Assembly (NCBI GenBank): GCA_963796975.1
Contig: CAWCNW010000023.1
Coordinates: forward strand, 35,305 to 99,304
DNA from: an uncultured Actinomycetota bacterium
GTDB lineage: Bacteria > Actinomycetota > Actinomycetes > Propionibacteriales > Nocardioidaceae
Direction: 5' to 3'
Length of the DNA stretch: 64,000 nucleotides
A model generated the notes under the pieces. The model saw only the letters and a program-made list of their open reading frames with translations, made no database searches and was not told where the DNA came from. Positions 19,834 through 28,348 of the stretch are shown here, in pieces; the first letter of the stretch is position 1; each line of letters begins with the position of its first letter. The position numbers were made by a program, and so were the translations under genes.

Positions 19834-20403
19834 ATGCCAGCACCCGACCGACCACCCACGGGAGCACTCGCTGTGGCCGACCGGAACGACGCGCGCGACG
19901 CCGACTTCGCGGCGTACCTCGCCGCCCGGCAGCCCAGCCTGCTGCGGACGGCGTACCTGCTGACCGGCAACCGCCACGACGCCGAGGATCTCGTGCAGAC
20001 GGCGTTCGCGAAGCTCTACCTGTCGTGGGACAAGGTGCGTGACCAGGGAGCGATCGACGGCTACGTACGACGGATCCTGGTCAACGAGCACAACTCCCTG
20101 TGGCGCCGTGCTTGGAAGCGCCGCGAGCACAGCCAGGAGCAGCCGGTCCTCGACCGGCCGGTCCACGACGACCACGACGACGGCACCGGCTCCGAGCTGT
20201 GGGAGCTCGTCCAGACGCTGCCCCGCAAGGCCCGCGCCGTCGTGGTCCTGCGCTACTACGAGGAGCTCAGCGAGGCCGAGACGGCCGCCACCCTCCACAT
20301 CTCGGTCGGCACCGTGAAGTCCCAGACCAGCAGAGCGCTCGCCGCACTGCGCACCCGAACCCCCCGCAGCCTCGACCCCCGCGGACCCGAGGAGGACCGA
20401 TGA
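19834..20403 (+). CDS. ECF-type sigma-70 family RNA polymerase sigma factor (paralog of 18081..18611)
   Basis: NRHDAEDLVQTAFAKLYLSWDKV and ARAVVVLRYYEELSEAETAATLHISVGTVKSQTSRAL. RBS GAGGGGAGGA precedes the ATG. Confidence 0.9.
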   Translation: MPAPDRPPTGALAVADRNDARDADFAAYLAARQPSLLRTAYLLTGNRHDAEDLVQTAFAKLYLSWDKVRDQGAIDGYVRRILVNEHNSLWRRAWKRREHSQEQPVLDRPVHDDHDDGTGSELWELVQTLPRKARAVVVLRYYEELSEAETAATLHISVGTVKSQTSRALAALRTRTPRSLDPRGPEEDR

Positions 20404-21677
20404 ACGACGACGACCTCACCACCGACCTGGGCCGCGAGCTGCGCGACCACGCAGACGCCATGCACGGCTCCTCGCTCGGCCTGGCCGACGTGCAGCGCAA
20501 GGCACGCTCGATCCGGCGCCGGCGTACGGCGATCGCCGTGGGCGGCGCGGTCGCAGCTGTGGCGCTCATCGTGCCGACGGCGGCCCTGGCGAACCACCAC
20601 GGCCACGCCACCGAGCCGCTGCCCGCGACGCAGAGCGTCACCCCCACGCCCAGCCCCACCCCCGGGTCGACGGACGGGGAGCAGCCGGCACGCGGCGTGC
20701 TCGACGTGTCCGGCCTGCCCAGCGGACCCGCGCCGCAGATGGACTACGTCCAGGACGGCGTGTTCCACACCGCCGACGGTGACACCTTCGAGGTGGGCAC
20801 CCGCTACCCGCCCGACCGGCTCGTGCAGCTGGCGGACGGGGCGAAGGTCTGGCAGACGACGGGCAAGAACGGCGTCGGGTACATCGAGATCCAGGACGTC
20901 GACGGCACCTTCCACGACCCGGTCCGCAGTGGCGCCGGCCTGAGCGTGAACAGGGCGCACAGCATCGTGGCCTGGTTGACCCCTGAGGGCCAGGTGACCA
21001 TCTGGGAGGGCTGGGCCAGCGACCCCAGGCCGCTGGGCGACCCCGTCCCCGGTGACGATCTGCGGCTGGGGCCGATCACCGGGAGCGCCGATGTCGTGCC
21101 GGGACAGACGGGCCCGAGCTGCCAGCAGTCGAGCTGCACCGTTCTGGTCAACGCCCGTGACGGCGAGAGCCAGCAGCCCTGGGAGGTCAGCGAGGCCGGG
21201 TCGCAGCCACTGCTCGACGGCGGCTACCTGAGCGTCAGCGACGTGAGCGATGCCGGCCTGTCGGTCGGCCTGACCAAGATCACGGACTTCGGCTCCTGCT
21301 CGACGCTCCTCGGCGGGGGCGAGTTCCAGGGCTTCAAGACCTGCAAGCACACCCTCGTGTCGTTCTCGCCCGACGAGCAGCTCCTGCTCGCCGACCCGGC
21401 GTACCACGACGGCATCGGCAACGGCGTGATCGCGATGTACGACCTGTCGGGCAAGCGGCTCTTCGAGCGGCACAGCACCGAGGACGCCCAGTCCTTCTAC
21501 CCGGAGGCGACGTGGGAGGACGACACCCACGTCCTCGTGCCGGTGTTCCAGGACGGGACGTGGTCGCTCGTGCGCGTGGCGTCGGACGGGGCCATGGAGT
21601 ACGCCGTGCCGCCGGCCCCGGGCGACGAGTTCGAGAACCCGTTCGTGCTGCCCACCGGCGGCGGCCTCACGAGCTGA
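20400..21677 (+). CDS. Membrane-anchored extracytoplasmic protein translationally coupled to sigma factor 2 (putative sensor / anti-sigma-like)
   Basis: ATGA overlap with the sigma gene. One TM helix ([22 protein letters not shown]). C-terminal block [36 protein letters not shown]. Confidence 0.75.
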   Translation: MNDDDLTTDLGRELRDHADAMHGSSLGLADVQRKARSIRRRRTAIAVGGAVAAVALIVPTAALANHHGHATEPLPATQSVTPTPSPTPGSTDGEQPARGVLDVSGLPSGPAPQMDYVQDGVFHTADGDTFEVGTRYPPDRLVQLADGAKVWQTTGKNGVGYIEIQDVDGTFHDPVRSGAGLSVNRAHSIVAWLTPEGQVTIWEGWASDPRPLGDPVPGDDLRLGPITGSADVVPGQTGPSCQQSSCTVLVNARDGESQQPWEVSEAGSQPLLDGGYLSVSDVSDAGLSVGLTKITDFGSCSTLLGGGEFQGFKTCKHTLVSFSPDEQLLLADPAYHDGIGNGVIAMYDLSGKRLFERHSTEDAQSFYPEATWEDDTHVLVPVFQDGTWSLVRVASDGAMEYAVPPAPGDEFENPFVLPTGGGLTS

Positions 21678-21680
21678 GGG

Positions 21681-22734
21681 CTACGCGACCACCTCGGTGA
21701 TCGGCTGGGAGGAGTCGGCCGGCAGGTCGAGGGACGACGGGGTACGGCCGCGGGCAACCAGCTCGGCGCCGAGCGCGGCCACCATCGCGCCGTTGTCGGT
21801 GCACAGCCCGGGCCGGGGTACGCGGACCCGGACCCCTCGGGCCTCCGCTCGCTCGGTCGCCATCGCCCGGAGCCGGGTGTTCGCCGCGACGCCGCCGCCG
21901 ATCAGGAGGTCCTCGATCCCCTGGTCGTCCGGCGGCGTCGAGTGCCTTGCGGACCAGGACGTCGCAGACGGCCTCCTGGAAGCTGGCCGCGACGTCGGCG
22001 ACGTCGATGGTGACGCCGTCGCGCTGCTGGGTCTCGACCCAGCGGGCGACGGCCGTCTTGAGACCGGAGAACGAGAAGTCGAACCGGTGCCGCTCGAGGT
22101 CGCGCCGACTGGTGAGGCCGCGCGGGAAGTCGATGGTGACCTGGCCGTCGCGGGCGGCGCGGTCGATGTAGGGGCCACCGGGGAAGGGCAGGCCGAGCAG
22201 CCGGGCGACCTTGTCGAAGGCCTCACCGGCCGCGTCGTCGATCGTCGCGCCCAGCGGCACGACTCCCCCGCCGTGACCGGTGACGTCCTCGACCCGCAGC
22301 AGGCTGGAGTGGCCGCCGCTGACGAGCATCGCCAGGCAGGGCTCGGGCAGCGGGCCGTGCTCGAGCTGGTCGACGGCGACGTGGGAGGCCAGGTGGTTGA
22401 CGCCGTAGATCGGCTTGCCGAGCCCGATCGCCAGCGCCTTGGCCGCGGCGACGCCGACCAGCAGCGCACCGGCCAGTCCCGGTCCGCTGGTGACCGCGAT
22501 CGCGTCGACGTCGTGGAGGCTGATGCCCGAGATCTCGCAGGCGCGCTCGATGGTGGGCACCATCGCCTCGAGGTGGGCCCTGCTCGCGACCTCGGGTACG
22601 ACGCCACCGAAGCGGGCGTGCTCCTCGACGCTGCTCGCGACCGCGTCGGCGAGCAGGGTGTGGCCCCGGACGATGCCGACGCCGGTCTCGTCGCAGGAGG
22701 TCTCGATGCCGAGGACCAGGGGCTCGTCGGTCAC
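21681..22734 (-). CDS. tsaD: tRNA N6-adenosine threonylcarbamoyltransferase TsaD, interrupted by an apparent 1-nt frameshift near 21918-21921
   Basis: The N-terminal 270 aa ([25 protein letters not shown]) are in one frame. The conserved C-terminus [18 protein letters not shown]...[10 protein letters not shown] is in the +1 frame (ORF 21681..22607). Confidence 0.9.
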
Positions 22735-23225
22735 GTCAGCTCCTTGAGGAGGATCACCGCGGTGGTGCCGTCGGCGTAGTAGCGCGGCCGCCGGTCGATC
22801 TCCCGGAAGCCACGCGCCGCGTAGAAGGCGCAGGCCACGTGGTTGTCCTCGCGCACCTCGAGCAGCAGCTGGTCGGCGTGACGGGTCAGCGCCTCCTGCT
22901 CCACGCGGGCGAGCAGGTCGGAGGCCAGACCGGTACGGCGATGGGGCTCCGCCACTGCGATCCGCTGGAGCTCGGCGAGGTCGGCGACGATGCTGACGGC
23001 CGCGTAGGCGACGAGCGTGGTCTCGACATGCTCGACCGACGGGCCGGGCTCGACCGACGAGGCGGTCGCGACCAGGTAGAGCGTGGTCGGCACCCGGCCC
23101 GAGACCCCCTCGGTGACCAGGCCGTGGGACCAGGCGTCGGAGCCGAGGGCGTCGTGCTCCAGGGCCGCGACGGCGTCGGCGTCGTCGGGGCCGGCGAGTC
23201 GGACCTCGACGTCGGTCACGCTCAC
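22731..23225 (-). CDS. rimI: Ribosomal-protein-alanine N-acetyltransferase RimI (GNAT)
   Basis: 164-aa GNAT ([17 protein letters not shown]) between tsaB and tsaD, with 4-nt overlaps on both sides. Confidence 0.85.
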   Translation of the reverse strand: MSVTDVEVRLAGPDDADAVAALEHDALGSDAWSHGLVTEGVSGRVPTTLYLVATASSVEPGPSVEHVETTLVAYAAVSIVADLAELQRIAVAEPHRRTGLASDLLARVEQEALTRHADQLLLEVREDNHVACAFYAARGFREIDRRPRYYADGTTAVILLKELT

Positions 23226-23854
23226 GACACCCGCTTCGGTGCGGCGGGCGCGACCGCGTCGGGCCGCCGCAGGTAGAGCGGCTCAGGGTCGCGCAGCTCG
23301 GCGAGCTCCTCGGCGACCGCGCGGGCCAGCCAGCCCGCGCTGGGCAGCTCGGGAAGGCGGCGGTCGGGGAACGCCTCGGGGTAGAGCACCCCTCCTTCTC
23401 CCGCGACCGGGCGGTCGGTGGCCGCGTCGGCGGGACGGATGACCTCGGGATCCTCGAGGCGGCGACCCTGGTCGTCGTACGACGCGAGGTAGACCTCCTT
23501 GCGGCGGGCGTCGGTCGCGACCACGAAGTCTGCTCCGATGGCGGCGGCCGCCTCCACGGCGATCACGTCGAGCGAGCACACGCCGTACACCGGGATCTCG
23601 AGCACGAACGCCAGGGTGCGCGCGGTGACCAGCCCGACCCGCAGCCCGGTGAACGGTCCGGGTCCGACGCCGACTGCGATCGCGGTGAGGTCCTGCCGCA
23701 CGATGCCGGCATCGGCCAGCACCGCCTCGATGAGCGGGGCGAGCTGCTCGCCGTGCTTCATCCGCTGCTCGGAGCGGCGCTCGGCGACGACGTCCTCACC
23801 GTCGTGGAGGGCGACGGTCACCAAGGGCGTGGCCGTGTCGAAGGCGAGCAGCAC
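23222..23854 (-). CDS. tsaB: tRNA threonylcarbamoyladenosine biosynthesis protein TsaB
   Basis: [32 protein letters not shown] start at 23854 chosen inside the 24004 ORF. Confidence 0.85.
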   Translation of the reverse strand: MLLAFDTATPLVTVALHDGEDVVAERRSEQRMKHGEQLAPLIEAVLADAGIVRQDLTAIAVGVGPGPFTGLRVGLVTARTLAFVLEIPVYGVCSLDVIAVEAAAAIGADFVVATDARRKEVYLASYDDQGRRLEDPEVIRPADAATDRPVAGEGGVLYPEAFPDRRLPELPSAGWLARAVAEELAELRDPEPLYLRRPDAVAPAAPKRVS

Positions 23855-23864
23855 GGTCCCGAGG

Positions 23865-24608
23865 TTACTGACCTGGCAGCGCCCGCCAGTGGGTGGTGAC
23901 GCGCCCGTCGTCGCCGACGAGGTGGAGCGCGAAGGTCGGCGGTGCCTCGAACCAGATCGTCGGCGGTGCCTCGGCGTCCGCGGTGACCGTCGACACGACC
24001 CCACCTCCGATCAGCAGCGGGCGACCGGCGAACGTCGTGGCGGCCATCGTGTGCGCGTGCCCGACCAGGGTCGCCACGACGTGGGCGTGGCGGGCGATGA
24101 CGCCCTCGAGCGCCTCACCGTCGCGGAGCCGGATCGGGTCCATCAGCTCGAGGTCGATGGTGGCGGGCGGGTGGTGGAGACAGACGTACGTCGGTCGTGC
24201 GTCCTCGGCGAGACGCTCGTCGAGCCAGGCCAGCTGGTCGTCGCCGAGCCGGCCGGGGTCGACGCGCCCGGTCTCGTCGGCGTCGACGAGCGAGTCGAGC
24301 AGCACGAACCGCACGCCGGACGTCTCGACCACGGTCCGCGACCCGATCCCCAGCCCGGCAACGAACGCGTCGCGCACGTCGTGGTTGCCCGGGCAGACCG
24401 CGAGCGGTCCTTCCCAGCGGTCGAGCCACGCCCGCGCCTCGACGTACTCCTCGGGCAGGCCGTGGTCGGCCACGTCGCCGGTGACGAGGAGGACGTCGGG
24501 TCGTGGCGACATCGCGAGGAGATGGTCCATGACCGCGGCGTTGCGAGCGGCGGGATCCTGCGTCTCGTTGCCGAAGTGGGTGTCGCTGACGTGGGCGATC
24601 ACGAGCAT
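23865..24608 (-). CDS. Metallophosphoesterase (CpdA-like calcineurin-fold phosphodiesterase)
   Basis: Motifs HVSDTHFG, TGDVADHG, GNHD, GHAH. Confidence 0.8.
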   Translation of the reverse strand: MLVIAHVSDTHFGNETQDPAARNAAVMDHLLAMSPRPDVLLVTGDVADHGLPEEYVEARAWLDRWEGPLAVCPGNHDVRDAFVAGLGIGSRTVVETSGVRFVLLDSLVDADETGRVDPGRLGDDQLAWLDERLAEDARPTYVCLHHPPATIDLELMDPIRLRDGEALEGVIARHAHVVATLVGHAHTMAATTFAGRPLLIGGGVVSTVTADAEAPPTIWFEAPPTFALHLVGDDGRVTTHWRALPGQ

Positions 24609-24651
24609 GCCGCCCACCCTGGCACGGCCGCGCCGGTTAGGGTCCGAAGGC

Positions 24652-25197
24652 ATGGACGACTCGGGGTGGTCGGAGCGGTTCCCGACGCTGTGGGGCCTGG
24701 ACTTCCAGCCTTACGCCAACGCCGACCTGGCCTTCCGGCTCGGGGCGCCGGACGACGCGCTCGTGACCCGCCTGCACCTGGTGGCGATGGTGCCCGACGG
24801 CCGCGTCGTGGTGTGCCGGACGGACCAGGAGTGGCGGTTCCTGCCGGGCGGCCGGCGCGAGGCCGGTGAGAGCCTGCACGACCTGGCCGCCCGCGAGCTG
24901 CGCGAGGAGGCGGGGTGCGAGCTCTGTGGCGGGATCGAGGTGTTCGCCCACCAGGAGGTGCGCTCGCGCAACCCCGCACCGCACCACCCGCACTTCCCGC
25001 ACCCCGACTCGGCGTGGGCCTTCGCGACCGCCGAGGTCGAGCTGACCGGTCCCCCGACGAACCCGCCCGACGGCGAGGCGGTGGTCGAGGTGCGGACCCT
25101 GCCGGTCGCCGAGGCCGCGGTCTGGCTACGGGTGCACGAGGACGAGCCCGCCGACGTACTCCTGCTGGCGGAGGCCCTGGGGCTGCTCAGGGGATGA
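24652..25197 (+). CDS. NUDIX hydrolase
   Basis: Nudix box GGRREAGESLHDLAARELREEAG. ATG at 24652. Confidence 0.8.
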   Translation: MDDSGWSERFPTLWGLDFQPYANADLAFRLGAPDDALVTRLHLVAMVPDGRVVVCRTDQEWRFLPGGRREAGESLHDLAARELREEAGCELCGGIEVFAHQEVRSRNPAPHHPHFPHPDSAWAFATAEVELTGPPTNPPDGEAVVEVRTLPVAEAAVWLRVHEDEPADVLLLAEALGLLRG

Positions 25198-26105
25198 GTG
25201 CCGGAAGCGGTACGCCGAGCCAGCGGCGCCCCACGGGCGAGACGCGCACCAGGCGCGGGTCGAGGTCTCCGGCTGCATCGTCGGCCAGCGGCCCGCTCGA
25301 TCCACACCTCGACCCGGTCGTCGGCCAGCCCCTCGGCCAGCCCCTCACCCCACTCCACCACGGTGACGGCCTCGTCCAGGGAGGTGTCGAGGTCGAGGTC
25401 GTCGAGCTCGGCGACGCCGCCGATCCGGTAGGCGTCGACGTGGACCAACGCCGGGCCGTCGGCCAGCGAGGGATGGACGCGCGCGATCACGAACGTCGGC
25501 GAGGTGACGTCGCCACGGACCCCGAGCCCTGCGCCGAGTCCTTGGGTGAACGTCGTCTTGCCCGCACCCAACCCGCCAGACAGCACCACCACATCGCCGG
25601 CCCGGAGGACCCCGGCCAGTGCGGTGCCGAGCGAGCGCATCGCCTCGGCGTCCGGCACGTCGTACGAGGTGGGGGCGGGGCGGCGCAGCTCGACGTACGG
25701 CGTGTGGCGGGCGGTCTCGACGAAGCCGTGCTCGCGCCAGAACTTCCCGGTGCCGGGCAGCTCCTCGCGCGCGAGCACCGCGACCTCGTCGTACCCCTCG
25801 GCGCCGGCGAGCGCCTCGGTGACCAGGGCTGTGGCGACTCCGTGCTCGCGCACCTCGGGGACCACTCCCACGCGTCGCAACCACAGCGTAGGTCCCTCCG
25901 GCGCGAGGACCAGCGCGCCGACGTCGCGACCGTCGCTGGCGGCCACCAGGCCGCCATGGGCCAGGGCCGCCGCCAGCGACTCGACGGTCTCACCGAGCGC
26001 GTCGGCCGGGGGGTCGACCGGTGGCCGGGCAGCGAAGGCCGCGCGAACGATCTCCAGCACCGTCGGGGCGGCCTCCGGCCCGACCCGGCGTACGGACAGC
26101 GTCAT
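25187..26105 (-). CDS. tsaE: GNAT domain fused to tRNA t6A ATPase TsaE; apparent 1-nt frameshift near 25292-25294
   Basis: The N-terminal ~150 aa are GNAT-like (WLRRVGVVPEVREHGVATALV). The TsaE core follows (VVVLSGGLGAGKTTFTQGL, TSPTFVI, HVDAYR). The expected C-terminus ADDAAGDLDPRLVRVSPVGRRWLGVPLPALIP is in another frame and ends at 25187. Confidence 0.8.
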
Positions 26106-27178
26106 CTGCGGTCGGCGAGGTCGCCGGCCGCGGCGAACAGGTGGTCGAGCTCGGCGTTGACGTCGTCGTGCCGCTCCATGATCACCAGGTGGCCGGCGCC
26201 CTGGCACTCCAGGAGGTTGGAGCCGGCGATGTAGGCGTGCAGCTTGCGGCCGTGGCCGATCGAGGTGATCCGGTCGGCGGTGCCGCAGATGATGCTCGTC
26301 GGCACCACCGAGAGCGCCTTCACGGTCTCGAACTTGTGGAGGTTGGCGAAGTTGGAGAAGAACTCCGCGACCACGCCGAACGGTGTCGCCGACAGCATCT
26401 GGTCGACGAACTCGACGTACGACTCGGGTACGTCGTCGCCGAACGCGAGCTCGTCGGTCGCGACCATGGCGACGGAGTGGCCGAGCCGGCGGAAGCCGTC
26501 GACCTGGCGGTGGCCGCGTGCCAGCAACGACATCAGGCGTTCGGCCACGGCACCGCCGACGGTGGACGGCAGCATGGGGGCGACGATCCGGTGCGGCTCC
26601 AGACCGCCTGCGGTGGTGGAGATCAGTCCGACGCCGACGATCCGCTCCCCGAAGAGCTCGGGGTACTCCTCGGCGAGCGCCATGATCGTCATCCCGCCCA
26701 TCGAGTGGCCGACCAGCACGATCGGGCCGTGCGGCACCACGGTGTCGAGGACGAGCTTGAGGTCGTGGCCCAGCTGCTCGATGGTGGCGTGGCCCTGGCC
26801 GGAGCGCCCGGAGCGGCCGTGGGAGCGCTGGTCGTAGTAGACGCTGCGCACCTGGCCGCGGTAGGCCGCGCGCTGGAAGTGCCAGGAGTCGAGGTTGAGG
26901 GAGTAGCCGTGGATGAAGACCACGGTCAGCTCGGGCACCTGGGTGGCACGCCGGCGTCGTCCGGTGGCGGCGTACTCGTCGACCTCGACGTGCAGGTCGA
27001 CGCCGTCCTCGGCGACGACGGTGATCGGCGCGGAGCGCAGCGACCCGAACTCGGTCTCGTCACCCGCGCCACGGTGAGCGATGACCGCGCGGCGCTGGGC
27101 GACGCGGAGCGCCGTACCGGCGGCCGCGACCCCGACCGCGGCTCCGGCGACGGACAGGACCTTGCTGCTGGCCTTCAT
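26102..27178 (-). CDS. Alpha/beta-fold hydrolase
   Basis: Nucleophile elbow GHSMGG, HG oxyanion motif (FIHGY). N-terminal hydrophobic segment. Confidence 0.85.
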   Translation of the reverse strand: MKASSKVLSVAGAAVGVAAAGTALRVAQRRAVIAHRGAGDETEFGSLRSAPITVVAEDGVDLHVEVDEYAATGRRRRATQVPELTVVFIHGYSLNLDSWHFQRAAYRGQVRSVYYDQRSHGRSGRSGQGHATIEQLGHDLKLVLDTVVPHGPIVLVGHSMGGMTIMALAEEYPELFGERIVGVGLISTTAGGLEPHRIVAPMLPSTVGGAVAERLMSLLARGHRQVDGFRRLGHSVAMVATDELAFGDDVPESYVEFVDQMLSATPFGVVAEFFSNFANLHKFETVKALSVVPTSIICGTADRITSIGHGRKLHAYIAGSNLLECQGAGHLVIMERHDDVNAELDHLFAAAGDLADRR

Positions 27179-28317
27179 GCGGCGTCTCCTCCGACGTAGC
27201 GCCGGAGCAGGCGGCCGCCCATGCGCGTGACGATCTCGTAGTGGATGGTGCCGCAGGCCCGGGCCCAGTCGTCCGCGGTCGGCTCGCCGGCCGTGCCCGG
27301 CCCGAAGAGCACGACCTCGTCGCCCGGCACTGCCTCGTCGTCCCCGAGGTCGACGACGAACTGGTCCATGCAGATCCGGCCGCGGATCGGGCGGCGCTTG
27401 CCGTCGACCCAGACCTCGGCGGCGTTCCCGGCATGGCGTGGCACGCCGTCGCCGTACCCCAGCGGGACCAGGCCGACACGCGTCTCGCCCGGGGCCGTCC
27501 AGGTGTGGCCGTAGGAGACGCCGGCACCCGCGTGGATCTCCTTGGTGAGGACGAGTGGCGCGGTGACGGTCATGGCAGGCTCGAGCCCGACGTCCGGGCT
27601 GAGGCCGGGCGCGGGGTCGAGGCCGTACGACGCGATGCCGCAGCGGACCAGGTCGAAGCGACTGCTCGGTCGCAAGAGGGCGGCGCCGGAGTTGGCGAGG
27701 TGGCGGACCTCGGGGCGGAGACCCGCCCGCTCGGCGCCGGCGAGGGCGTCGCGGAAGGCGCGTTCCTGGACGTCGTTCGCCGGGTGGCTCGGCTCGTCGG
27801 AGGAGGCGAAGTGCGACCAGATCCCGGTCACCCGCCAGACGCCGTCGGCCTCGCCGGCGCGGGCGGCCGCCAGGAGCTCGGGCCAGAGCTCGACGGTCGA
27901 GCCGCCGCGCGAGAGGCCGGTGTCGATCTTGAGCTGGACCCGGGCCGGCGTGCCGGTGACGGCCGCGCGGATCTCGGCGAGCTCAGCCAGGGTGTACGCC
28001 GTGACGTCGACGCCGCGATCGATCGCGGCAGCCCAGTCGTCACCGGGGACCGTGAGCCAGCTCAGGATCCGGCCGGTGTCACCGGCCTCGCGGAGCCGGA
28101 CCGCCTCCTCCAGCGTGGCCACGCCGAGCCAGGGCGCCCCGGCTCGCCGTGCGGCGTACGCCGCCTCGAGCATGCCGTGGCCGTAGCCGTCGGCCTTGAC
28201 CACGACCATCACGTCGGATCCGTCGGGGGCCACGAGGTCGCGCAGCCGCCCGACGTTGCGCCGGATCGCGTCCAGGTCCACCACGATCTCGGGTCGGCGG
28301 ACCTGCTCGCGACTCAT
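27175..28317 (-). CDS. alr: Alanine racemase
   Basis: PLP-lysine motif VVKADGYGHG and overall Alr layout. Synteny with tsaE. Confidence 0.93.
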   Translation of the reverse strand: MSREQVRRPEIVVDLDAIRRNVGRLRDLVAPDGSDVMVVVKADGYGHGMLEAAYAARRAGAPWLGVATLEEAVRLREAGDTGRILSWLTVPGDDWAAAIDRGVDVTAYTLAELAEIRAAVTGTPARVQLKIDTGLSRGGSTVELWPELLAAARAGEADGVWRVTGIWSHFASSDEPSHPANDVQERAFRDALAGAERAGLRPEVRHLANSGAALLRPSSRFDLVRCGIASYGLDPAPGLSPDVGLEPAMTVTAPLVLTKEIHAGAGVSYGHTWTAPGETRVGLVPLGYGDGVPRHAGNAAEVWVDGKRRPIRGRICMDQFVVDLGDDEAVPGDEVVLFGPGTAGEPTADDWARACGTIHYEIVTRMGGRLLRRYVGGDAA

Positions 28318-28348
28318 GCGCTCATCCTCCCATCCCGGTTCGTCCGGA

